A DNA stretch of 64,000 nucleotides from Balanoglossus misakiensis (lineage: Eukaryota > Animalia > Hemichordata): positions 5,882,699 to 5,946,698 of the forward strand of contig CM082581.2 in assembly GCA_040954595.2 (NCBI GenBank). The letters are read 5' to 3'. This document shows, piece after piece, positions 28,501-39,722 of the stretch. The translations under genes and the position numbers were made by a program. The notes under the pieces are model-generated. The model made no database searches. It was not told the DNA's origin and saw nothing but the letters and a program-made list of their open reading frames with translations. The stretch's first letter is position 1; each line of letters begins with the position of its first letter.

Positions 28501-31300
28501 ATAGTAAGAATCGCTGCACGCAGCTGCAAATTGAGGAATTCTCCAAAATTAACACCCCAACGTTTTACTTACCCAAATGTAATTCTATATGGAAAATAGT
28601 TACGGACCTCATTTCTATTGGATGGTACGCTATATTTGCATTTGAGCTCCGCCCACTGATTGAGTCACATATCAAAAGCTTCGGTACGCTAATTGCCTAC
28701 GGTTACTCGATGGAAAATGGAACTAATTTCTATTGGATGGTACGCTATATTTGCATTTGAGCTCCGCCCACTGATTGAGTCACATATCAAAAGCTTCCAT
28801 TTGCTAATACCTACGGTTACTCGATGGAAAGTGGAACTAATTTCTATTGGATGGTACGATATATTTTTGCATTTGAGCTCCGCCCACTGATTGAGTCAGA
28901 TATCAAAAGCTTCCATTTGCTAATACCTACGGTTACTCGATGGAAAGTGGAACTAATTTCTATTGGATGGTACGCTATATTTTTGCATTTGAGCTCCGCC
29001 CACTGATTGAGTCACATATCAAAAGCTTCCATTTGCTAATACCTACGGTTACTCGATGGAAAGTGGAACTAATTTCTATTGGATGGTACGCTATATTTTT
29101 GCATTTGAGCTCCGCCCGCTGATTGAGTCACATATCAAAAGCTTCCATTTGCTAATACCTACGGTTACTCGATGGAAAGTGGAACTAATTTCTATTGGAT
29201 GGTACGCTATATTTTTGCATTTGAGCTCCGCCCACTGATTGAGTCACATATCAAAAGCTTCCATTTGCTAATACCTACGGTTACTCGATGGAAAATAGTC
29301 ATGGAACTCATGCAGTTCCAATCTCGAGATATACAATGTACTTACCTGTGATGTGAATAAGGTTCTTGGGTTTACGTGGTCTAGAAAATGACGATATCTT
29401 CCCGCAAAAGTACTCTGTTGGGGAATTAGAGTAGCTGTAAATCGTCTTGTAATTACCATGAACTTGGCAATGGAAATCAGAATGAATTCAAGTGCTTATT
29501 TCTCTTCGACAACGTTAAACAACGATTTCTTGGCATACTTGTCGTGACTCTATGTGCTCACAGTACAGATTATAAAACATGTCACTGTGCAAGATCACTT
29601 TACATTTGAAAATCAGGGACATTCATCCGGGTCTTCAACTACACGATTCATCGACAACAAATCAGGAAGAGATCAGGAAAAGTGCCACAAGTTAGCGTTG
29701 CTAAGCGACCTCTTGTTATCAACTTGTACCAGGGTCTATGTTTGGACGAATATTGATATTTATCTGATGTTTCAGAAGAATAACAAACAAAAGTGTGCTC
29801 ACGTGATTCGTTTTTGATCTTATTTCAGTCGATAGCAGGGGAGTTTGTTTACGTTTATAATTTAATTGCATCAATATATGATGGGCGCTTAAAATGGGAG
29901 CTTTTCGGGGAAATATCGGAGATGTTAATCACAGCACTGCAAGGAAGAGTTGTCGTATACAGCGACGTAGAATGTAAGGCTAAATAAAAACTTGATTTCA
30001 CAGTCGGACGAGTATCCGATTGTCTTGTGCGTTGAATAACGACTAGTCTAGTGCTAATCTAGTCTAGACTAGCCGTGCAACTTCTTATGCGAATAAATTA
30101 TGCAGCTTGCTAGATTGGTATCTATTGCAATATCGCTTTGATAACCAATCTGCAGCTTCAATTATTTAGTGGGTCACTTTTTGGCTAACAGTACCCAACG
30201 AGGGCAGCGATATATTTCAGCCACCTCGCATCACGAGGTGGGGGGGAGGGGGGGGGGTTGAAACTGTGGAAAGCCATCATATCTGCTCCCATGTCATTGC
30301 AGTGACCTGACGTCAATACGCTTGCATGGGCAAATGACGCCATCTCCACCCGAACCACTTTAAAGATCAAGAAGATTAGTTATAGCCTCACGTGCCAAAA
30401 TCACACGGTGCTATTGTTCCAATCATACCGTGGTTTCTCCCTCACGCGATCTGCAATCTACGCCGTTGTCTCAGCTACCCCAGTAAATCATTCGGAAAAG
30501 AACGTGTATGGCTTCTCCGATAAGACGTACCAAGGAACGTGTTTTTTTACAAAGAAAGTTTAGTAAGTGCGATCCTTTGCTGGCGTTACCGTTGTGGTTA
30601 TTGCCTCGCGACAACAAATGTCGACTTACAAACCTTGTCTTGCAACGGTTTGAAGTGACATTTCAGTCAATACTCAGACCATAAGGTCTACGCTCAGACA
30701 GCAGTACAAGTTTGACCGGCAATAAGCCTCAATGAAGCCCACGAATAAACCCACTGCCCATACTTTTTAGATTTCAACCAAAGGCGCTAGAATGCAAAAA
30801 ACCAACACTATTCTAACGTCGGGACGCGTGTCCCAGAAATGGATTGGGGAAGGGTTGTATGTTGTTATATTTTTTTCACATGACCTTAACTGACATATGA
30901 GACACGCTCTCGAAAAAAGTAATATTTTATAGTCTTGGTAACAATTCACATATTCGTTCACTAACAAGCTGGAGCATGCAGCTATTGAAATCACGATCCT
31001 GACCTCACGACGAATGACGAGAACAGTATACATGTAAATTGGCCAAAGTTCCTCACTTTGTGCCACGTCACAAGTTTACAACTCTCTTATGGTAAGCCTA
31101 AAGGAACCAATGCTACTATATCACAGGAAATACGGCACGTACACCTCTCTGGGTTAATTAAATTAAAAGTTATTAACATAAAAAAAAAATCTTCGTGAAA
31201 TAAATTAATATGGACCTACCATGTCAAATCTGGACTTTCCAAGTTGAAATTGTGGAAAGCCATCATTGCTGACTTCAACTTGTACAGTGGTACTGGCCAT
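21017..31300 (-). CDS. SFXN5: Sideroflexin-5-like transporter, tandem copy B (12 coding exons, 333 aa)
   Basis: Hand-spliced GT-AG exons (minus): 31220-31300, 29346-29414, 28337-28441, 28123-28177, 27639-27718, 27359-27415, 27126-27191, 26847-26937, 26558-26673, 25324-25409, 25036-25153, 21017-21094. Total 1002 nt with no stop or frameshift. Exons 2-12 match copy A in length and phase. [43 protein letters not shown]...[23 protein letters not shown]...YYNKGL*. Confidence 0.93.
22382..22973. repeat. Pair of ~55-bp direct repeats about 540 bp apart
   Basis: CATAAAAA(A)GGGAAAGGGGAAAAGC.T.AACAATTTAATATAATCTG.TCTTCAC at 22382-22436 and 22920-22973. Confidence 0.85.
25522..25658. repeat. (CATC)n microsatellite
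   Basis: Read directly from the sequence. Confidence 0.97.
25756..26491. mobile_element. Solo LTR (736 bp) in intron 9 of sideroflexin copy B
   Basis: Inverted termini TGTTACG...CGTAACA and a 4-bp target duplication CCGT (25752-25755 and 26492-26495). Internal TATAAAAA near 25865 and three internal repeats of CTGGTCTGGAAACCGCGCCCAGAAG. Confidence 0.85.
28589..29299. repeat. Minisatellite, six units of 114-116 bp, in intron 2 of sideroflexin copy B
   Basis: ATTTCTATTGGATGGTACG recurs at 28611, 28726, 28840, 28956, 29072 and 29188. The array is bracketed by ATGGAAAATAGT at 28589-28600 and 29288-29299. Confidence 0.95.
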
Positions 31301-32446
31301 GTCGTCTGAGCGATTACTGCATCAACAACTGAGCGTTTATATTATACACATACAAGTCTGATCCGACCGCCTTTAGTCTCGGCAACAAATCTCTTACGTC
31401 ATGATCAGATACTCAAGATAATGTACAACGAGATTTGTGGTAGAAAAAAGTTGATAAGGTGGTGGCCATGGTAACAGCTCTCTGAAGCTTAATACACCGA
31501 ATTGCATCAGAGTATAGTTACTGATAACGGATTTCAATTGGTGAACTAAATATTTAAAACACGCATGTTCAAAGTAATATCCTAAAATCTAAATTGAACA
31601 CGCACGTACATTCTGCGGACTGATTCGCACGCAGTGTTGGCATAAAGTTCACTTCTGATATACACGTCATGGGCTGGAAAGTATAATGTCGCCACCAACG
31701 GCGGGTATGGCAAATTCAAAGGCCTTATTATCTAATTACTAAGCTCGACAGGGAGTACTGAATACACCCCACGACTTGTGACAATAGGGATGTTTAGGTG
31801 ACATTGAAGTGTTAAAATAATTGATATCAACAGGTCTGGAAACGGTCTTGCAAAGAGCTTCAAGATTCTGTAGGAATTCAGGTACCCCGTGAAATAAGCA
31901 CACATACACTTAGTAGTAAAATTTTGTACATTGCGATATTTATTTACTTATTAAAATTCTCTATCAAATGTGCACTCACTTAAAAAACTTTTTCCATGCC
32001 AATATAGTTGCTATTTATTAATATATTAAACAATCTAAGTTTTTCATGTTGACAAATTAAAATTCAGCCTGCCATACATGACTGCCACCAAAATCTGATT
32101 CCTTTTTCCCACATCCAAGGAATTTACATTGAATATTTATATGATGAAAATGAATTTATGTGTCCTTACTAAGTAGCATGCTTATGTGCGTAGTCATAAA
32201 AAGTTGAGAGTCAGATATCATTAGCAGTTTCCTCTGGCACCAATATGATGGTATCTGCAGATTATCCAAATTAGTACATGATTTTATCTCGTATTTCAAA
32301 CAGATAAAACAAAAATAAAACCAAAATTACATTAAAAAACAGTAAATTTCCCCCTTAAATTGTTTCAGATTAATCATCATACACTTATTAGTGTAGATCT
32401 CCCGTTTTTGGTACATGACATAATGTACCGTGCATCAGGTAAATTC

Positions 32447-35400
32447 TTAGAGTCCCTTGTTGTAGACCAGCTGTTGGGACGACGTGGCTGCCTGGATCTC
32501 TGGCTCGAGGTTCGAAACATCAACCTGCAGCAAAAAAATGAGTGAAGATACAGATAAGAACTTCTGTGGTTTATAATTATAAACATCAGTTAATCAAAAG
32601 CAATAGTAAAAACACATCCACCTCTCCATTGATTATCCTGTCTCCAACAAGTTCAGATAGTAAGAATATACAGTGACATATACCACAAATGGGAACTGAG
32701 AATTCCAGCAGGTAAAATCACAATGTACAAAGTCAAATGAGACTAATCAGAGTTACCCTTGAAAACTGAGGAAAGAGACTGATGGCCATGGGTAAGGCAA
32801 AGGCGAATGCCAATGTACACACAGCGGCTTGTATTGGAAGATGAAGTTTCGGCCGTCTCTTGAGGAAATTTGTCCTGTAAAATATAAAATAAAAGAGTTA
32901 CCGGTACATGTAATTTGCCAATTTTACCTAGTTCACAAACAGGACATAAAATGACGACTAAAAGGTACAGTTTATATTGTTACCTTTGCAATACAGAGTG
33001 AATGCCAGGCATAACATCACTGACCTCAACATAGGAACATTGTAGCAACAAACACTATCGAGATATTTGCACTAGGAAGACCTAACCAAACATACCTTTC
33101 AAGGGAAGCCATGATAATTGGAGGTATAATGAGAATGGGCGCTGGAAGAACAGCTCTGGTCAGGGCAGTTTCTGTTAAGGCCTGTGAAGAGGACGACAAG
33201 ATTCTTCAAAACTTGTTGGATTTTGGAGTGAAACAGTCATGTGATAAGACACCTTGGTCAGCCATTTTACTCACACACACCAGTTAGCTACACTTCATTG
33301 ATAATGCTGAGAATCGATGATCGTACAGTATTCGAGTGCTACAATTCAACTTTTTTCCCCCAAGAATTATTCAAAGAAACAGAAACACTGAGGCAATGCA
33401 CCTTTTGTCCTACAGTATGCGAGTGCTACAATTCAACAGCTCTTTTGGCCTCTTGAATCAAAGGGCCCATACAAGTAATCTAGCTCATTTTGAACTCACA
33501 ATGTTAATGGCACACTGAAATCACACTCATGGCAACAACAACAGTCAATACTGAATTCTTCAATCCTGGCACTTACACGTTTTGCAGCCACCTTCGAAGT
33601 TCCGACCACAGTTCCATCAGCCTCCTCCACTTCAATTCCTTCACCCAGCTCACTGTAGCGCATCAACACAACATTACAGACGCTTGCAGTAGCTGCAATG
33701 TACAAAGCGGTCACCGAGATTTAAAAATTGATAGCAAATTGGGTGAAAAGGACAACACTACAGTCTACACTATCACAGACAATGATGACAGAGGCAAGAC
33801 ATCCAAAATGTGATTCTGCACTTGTAGCCATGACAACTCACCTACTGCAGGGAAAGGCACAAATCTTTGGATCAACATTCTGGTGGCTGGATTGAACTTC
33901 TTGGCTTTGTCCACCAGCATTGTCAGGCAAGTCTGTTTTCAAAGACAAACAAAACAAAAAATCCATATAATAATAATCCTTTAATAATAATAAAACAATA
34001 ATAATAAAATTGCATAAATTTAGTTTTTTTTACTTACTGCAATAGTACATGCACTCGTCACAGCACCAAAATAACCGAGAAGAAATTTGCTTGTAGGAGT
34101 TGGCTGTGTATAGAATAAACATACATTTATTGAGCACATTGGCATTATATTTATATTAAGTTTTGATTTTATATCTGATAAATCTCTCATTGTATTTGGT
34201 TAGATCAACATATCTTTTCCAGTCATTAAGCTTTAACAATCACTGTGGAAAAACAAAGTTCTTGGTTTGACTTCATCAATTGATATATAGGTATATGCAC
34301 AGATAATGTTACCTTACCTTAGTTGCATTTCGATTTGAATAGTTTACGCAGGCATTATGACTTTGATTGAGCCACTGAAAAAAAAATCAAGCAAACACAC
34401 TGCATCAACTGTGTGGAAGTTAAAATTGTTTGACAACTTTCCCAAAGGTCATGTTGATATTCTGACCTTTTGTGTGTGACAGTGTGCATGTACATGTACT
34501 GTGTATATATCAACATCATGTACACATCAACAACGTACATACATGTACATGTATATGAATACTCCACTGACCCTATGCATTGATGGCCAAAAGTCAATGA
34601 GGATGATTCCATGAGTTTCAATAGATGAAATAACTCAGTACAGACCTGCCAGAAAAGTGTTCCCTTGAGCGATAAATTAGGAAGCAGCATTCCAATTACA
34701 ATTGGAGTTCCAAACGGAACAAACCCTGGAATACACAAAATATATAATCCCACACTGACTTCACATGGTAATACTTTTATACTTATTTTTAACTCGCTAT
34801 TTAGAGCTATAAATGAATATTATCATCATTATTATCATTGTGTAATATTCTGTGATTCTGAAATTAATAAACTGCTCGGCTAGTCTTTCTGTTCATGTGG
34901 ATATGTTAGATCAATGCAGATATTAAGAAAAATGTTTTAGACACAATGGTCTTACAAAGATTGCCAGGGGTCAAAGGTCATACGTTTACAAACAAGTCAC
35001 ATCTTTGATCTCTTACCTGACATTCGAAAAGGCATCAATACTTTTTCTCCTGTGTCTGGATGTATAATCGCCTGAGAATATATCAAATAAAAACATCAAT
35101 TTACTCTTGCTTCCATTGAAAACATGGAAATATGCCTTTGACATTGAGGGGGGGGGAGGTCATTGACAGATAAAGCAATCAGGCGAAGTAGGCAGATTTA
35201 AGTTCAGATTTACTTTAAAGTTGTTTAACATCCACTTCTCCCAATAAACATTCAATATTTACCTGTTTTACTTTTTGTGCCTGCCATAGTTCTTTGTTGG
35301 TTGTCCCCGGTGGTAAAGCACCATTTTTATGATCTTCTAATAGTTGAACACATGATTGTAGTTTAGCCTACAAGAAAAGTTCAGTGAAGCAAATAGTGTT

Positions 35401-36803
35401 ATCTTATGCCAGCATGACACATCAGTTTTTAGCACAGGATTGACATTGGTGATTAAAATACACACAAAGCATGGAAAGTTATATTTTCTGTATTTCCAAA
35501 ACACAACTATCAATATCAAGTGGACTTACATTGGAAGTAAATAAAGTAGTTGGATCAACAACATCCAGAAAGTGTCTGTATCTGCCAGCAAATGTACTCT
35601 GCAAGAGGGTGAAAAAAATAACAGTTTAAATTTGAGAATTGTCTCAGATTGTACAAACCTTCACAGCTGTGGTAGGAAGTTGACTGGTGATTTTATAGGA
35701 TAGGTACATGTATCATGGTATGGTGTATGGGCAAAGTGGCTGACCATGCAACACTATTTTGCTGGCCATATCATATGTTTAGCTCTGAACCAATCTTTCA
35801 GTAATGAATGCCTGAAGGGACTATGATACAGTCATGTACAATATATGGAGATCACTGGCATTAGCTGAATGGAAAATGTTTGAGACACACCCATTCTGAA
35901 ATTATCACCAACAATGTTGTGTAATTAGTTAACTGCCCTCTCAAATATTGAAGGTATAATAGTGCACTACATCCAGGACAACATAGCACATGCGTTCACC
36001 GATAGATGACTTTTCATCTGATTAATTATTCAAAACGTTCCCAAATATGGCGAGCCATTGTTGACTGTAAGATTGTAATTACTACTGTGCTGACTGCACT
36101 GATAATGGAACACGCACAGTGTGTGTGACAGTACACAGTTTGTGTCAGCCAAATAGCAGAAAACTATATTGAGGAATTAAAAGATGATAGTTCTAACTTA
36201 TACATTTATCTAAATAAACATGCAATAAAGCTTCTTCCTTCCACTTCAACAATCACACCATGACTGTCGACATCAAAATTTAAACCCATTCTTGTATTCA
36301 ATTTCACCATTCATTCGTTTGTTCGTTCGTTCACTCATTCATTCACTCATTCACGTTTCTAGCTGTAATCACTGAATGCACAGAAATTTCATTGAAGACG
36401 TTCAAGGCTTTGCTAGCTGCAAGAGACAGCCTAGCCGCGATCTACAGACTAAAGCCTGTGCGAACCTTATGACCCCGTGCTCGGCCTTCATTCACCACAC
36501 GGGGTGTCCTGGAAAAGGTGCAGTTATACGGCAATTCAGAACTGTGAACAACACTGACGCTCACACATTGAATGACTATTGGTACGTAAGTCCACAGTCC
36601 GACACCCCTTCATCACTCGCTCAACTTGAGGATCGAAGACTAGCTTTGTGCTTTCATGTCATCACCACTGCACCAAAGACAGACGTGGGCTTATATCATT
36701 AGATGTTGTTATTCGCGTGATTTACCTGATCAAATCTTGACTTTCCCAGCTGAAACGGCGGATAGCCGTCCTCATCGAGGCCTTGATGCACCACGGAAGC
36801 CAT
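32447..36803 (-). CDS. SFXN5: Sideroflexin-5-like mitochondrial inner-membrane transporter, copy A (12 coding exons, 332 aa)
   Basis: Hand-spliced GT-AG exons (minus): 36726-36803, 35530-35598, 35263-35367, 35017-35071, 34646-34725, 34318-34374, 34038-34103, 33842-33932, 33577-33692, 33096-33181, 32757-32874, 32447-32524. Total 999 nt in one open frame. Protein [42 protein letters not shown]...[23 protein letters not shown]...[23 protein letters not shown]...RFVPFPAVA...YNKGL*. These are sideroflexin motifs of the SFXN5 type. Confidence 0.95.
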
Positions 36804-36902
36804 TTTGTAAATACTAATTACCCACAGTGCACCGCGAGAAACAAAACTTCAACTTGTCAAATGGTACATTTCTATTACATGAAAACGCTGAATTTGGTCA
36901 TG

Positions 36903-37205
36903 CGTACGTGGCGTAAAGTTTGTTCCGTGGTAAAAGGTGGACCAATTATGTCGTTTCCGCCCAGTTATAATATATTGACAGTGCATAAATTGCCATTAAG
37001 AATCAGTTTACGTCCCTATGTATGTCGCCCGATATACTTTACCATGTATTTAGGCCTACGTACGTGGCGAAAAGTTTCATGGTATACATGTGGACCAATT
37101 GATTGCGTCATTTCCACCTAGTTATAATGAAATTGACAATGCATAACTTGCCATTAAAAGTCATTTTACGTCCCTTTATGTATGTCGCCGACATATTTTA
37201 CCATG
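36903..37205. repeat. Diverged ~150-bp tandem duplication upstream of sideroflexin copy A
   Basis: CGTACGTGGCG...GTGGACCAATT...AGTTATAAT...TTGCCATTAA...TTTACGTCCCT...TATGTATGTCGCC...TTTACCATG occurs at 36903-37046 and 37059-37205. Confidence 0.85.
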
Positions 37206-37617
37206 GCACTGCTACCAGCAAACTCTGTCACCTTTCAAGTTCCCCATGTCATGAAGTAGAGTGATTGGGGCAACATACATGTACATGTACATTGCAACAT
37301 TTCACACACATACCTGTTTGTTTGGATATGGGGTTTTGTTCATCTATGTGCTGTGCTTTCGGAAACACGTAAATTTTAAAGACTCATATTTTGGTTGTTA
37401 ATGTGTAATACCCTTTTATAAATTGACTTTGTTACGACAAGAAAGAAAAAAGGCAGCAACAATACACGTATAGGGCAGGGGCAAGCGAATGCGATTACGA
37501 ATGAAAATGCATGCATCTCAGCTAATATGTTTTGGCGAAAGACGAGAGCACAGCGTTCTAGTTGAACGAAATTTTTGGCCTTGTTAGTTTTGTTAGCATA
37601 GGGTTCTCAGAGGCCAT

Positions 37618-37657
<40 letters not shown>
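37618..37657. repeat. (CAA)n microsatellite
   Basis: Read directly from the sequence. Confidence 0.95.
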
Positions 37658-37658
<1 letters not shown>

Positions 37659-38214
37659 TAGAACACTTTTTATTTCATTAATATCTTTTATTCATTTTAT
37701 CCTAACTATGGGATTAAACTACTGTTACATGTATCTCAGTCTTTATTGTTGTCGAATAAATAGGAAAACAATTTGTTTTGATATTAATTTTGTTTAAAAA
37801 GGGGTTTGAAACATTACTCAAGTTACGACTTTGAAAGAAAATCACAGAAATCCCATGTACAAACAGAAAATTTCATTTGATGACGCTTTTACCATATTTT
37901 TGCGCGGCATTTTAATGCCTTGAAATTCTTCACTTAGGCCTATGCACTTTTAAAGCTAAAATAATACCCGTTCAATTAGTCAGTAAATAATATCAAACTT
38001 CACAACATACAACGTAAACCCGGCGAAGGGTCAAAGTCTAAGTCCGAGCTACGCATATTCATAATAGTCACATCAGAATAGTCACAAGCCGTGAGTGCGA
38101 CAGTCACTTTACAGACAAAATTTTACAGACAACCTATCACTAAGACTCTATAAACGCGTATAACTATATGTTCTACACAAACTGTGCCTCACATATCCGT
38201 CGACCGTCTTTCCG

Positions 38215-39246
38215 TTACATCTTGCGAGCGAGAACGCCGTCGTACACCGCGCCGCTTCGCTTAATCTGAACGCCGGCAAAGCCGTGTTTCTCGAGCAACT
38301 CCGCCATTTCTCTGCCGTTGCGTTGCTTCCCGCCCTGGAACCACGTCATCATCATCAAACAGATCGCCGTGGTCTCCATGGGACCGGTCTTGTCGTCATC
38401 GTACAGCGCTTCGATGATGAAAACAGCCCCTCCTCTCCTCAGCGCCTTGAATGCTTTGCTTAGCAACGCGTCCACGCGCTCTTCCGACCAATCGTGGATG
38501 ATGTTCGACAAGATGAAAAGGTCGGATTCGGGTAAGGGATCGACGAAAAAATCCCCACTTTGGAAGGTTACTTTCTGGGATATCGGGTCGATCGGCACAA
38601 AATCACCCACTAAATCGATTACTTTGGGCAAGTCGAAAACTGTAACGTTCATATTCGGGTAGGCGTTAGCCAGAGCATAACCAAGAGCTCCCGTACAACC
38701 ACCCAGATCGCATGCCTTACCGTAAAGCGAAAGATCAAAGAGATTGACAAGTTCTCGCATGAATACGCTGGAATACGAGTGCATCTCGGCCATAAAACCT
38801 TTACGCTCAGCGGGGTCGTTGAATAAACCGTCAAAGTAATCGTGCATGCCGAACGTACGCTGTATTTGGGGTCCCCCATCACGTGCGGCGTGGGCCAAGT
38901 TTCCAACCAGCGGATAGTCAGTCCGTCCCGTTCCAATGAACAGCGGCCGTAAGCTGTGCGGACTGGACTCAGTCAGGTATCTTCGACTTTCGGCCGTAGC
39001 AAAGAACCTGTCCTCCAAACTCGCGGAGTCTCCCGAGCTCGTCTTCCCCAACACGCCCAGTCCGACGCACGCGTTCAGAATCCGCTCCGTGCACCCGACG
39101 TCGGCGCCGGCCCGCGTCGCCACCTCGGGGACGGTGAGCGACCGCTCCTCCAAAATGTCGAACACTTTCAGCTCGCAGGCCGCGATGCAGGCCTGGGTCT
39201 TCGTGTAGGAGACCAGGAGGTCGTAGAGAGCGGTTGGTGTTGCCAT
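38215..39246 (-). CDS. Intronless acetylserotonin O-methyltransferase-like (ASMT/ASMTL-type, Methyltransf_2) SAM-dependent O-methyltransferase, 343 aa
   Basis: N-terminal dimerisation helix (ACELKVFDIL), SAM motif I ACDLGGCTG, VTVFDLP, GDFF..PLP and catalytic IIHDW. GC-rich codon usage against AT-rich flanks. Confidence 0.92.
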   Translation of the reverse strand: MATPTALYDLLVSYTKTQACIAACELKVFDILEERSLTVPEVATRAGADVGCTERILNACVGLGVLGKTSSGDSASLEDRFFATAESRRYLTESSPHSLRPLFIGTGRTDYPLVGNLAHAARDGGPQIQRTFGMHDYFDGLFNDPAERKGFMAEMHSYSSVFMRELVNLFDLSLYGKACDLGGCTGALGYALANAYPNMNVTVFDLPKVIDLVGDFVPIDPISQKVTFQSGDFFVDPLPESDLFILSNIIHDWSEERVDALLSKAFKALRRGGAVFIIEALYDDDKTGPMETTAICLMMMTWFQGGKQRNGREMAELLEKHGFAGVQIKRSGAVYDGVLARKM

Positions 39247-39266
39247 GGAGCCCGAAAAGAGCGCGG

Positions 39267-39722
39267 TGGATGGAGCAACAGGTTAAGTACACGAACCAGA
39301 ATGAGAGTGCGGCTTTTATAGACTCAGTTAAAAACGGCGAACTGCTGTTCCAACCCGTGGGGTAAAGGCTTTGAAAGTAGGCGAATCCTTGGATATAATA
39401 TTCTGCTATTATGCTCAAGCTATTTCGTATTCCGCAACATCATACATACTCAATGTGCTATGCAACTTCTGAAGAGTTTGTTTAATGAACAAATGGATGG
39501 ATGGAGCAACAGGTTAAGTACACGAACCAGAATGAGAGTGCGGCTTTTATAGACTCAGTTAAAAACGGCGAACTGCTGTTCCAACCCGTGGGGTAAAGGC
39601 TTTGAAAGTAGGCGAATCCTTGGATATAATATTCTGCTATTATGCTCAAGCTATTTCGTATTCCGCAACATCATACATACTCAATGTGCTATGCAACTTC
39701 TGAAGAGTTTGTTTAATGAACA
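39267..39722. repeat. Apparently exact tandem duplication (~225 bp, offset 231) of the methyltransferase 5' region
   Basis: 39267-39491 is repeated at 39498-39722. Each copy has CTATAAAAG on the minus strand. Confidence 0.93.
39314..39322 (-). promoter_or_regulatory. TATA box of the methyltransferase gene (second copy 231 bp further upstream)
   Basis: Minus-strand CTATAAAAG about 70 nt upstream of the ATG at 39246. Confidence 0.6.

Noticed and set aside
28589-29299. CRISPR-like array or repeated 60-aa ORFs
   Set aside because: Contiguous near-identical units with no spacers, no cas genes, and an intronic eukaryotic location.
31315-31336. TACTGCATCAACAACTGA resembling miR-217
   Set aside because: Partial match only, no evident hairpin partner, and it lies in the 5' UTR of sideroflexin B on the opposite strand.
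33324-33437. 27-bp direct repeat TACAGTAT.CGAGTGCTACAATTCAAC in intron 9 of copy A
   Set aside because: Real, but an ordinary local micro-duplication with no sign of function.
38318-39418. Several ORFs overlapping the methyltransferase
   Set aside because: Same shadow-ORF effect.
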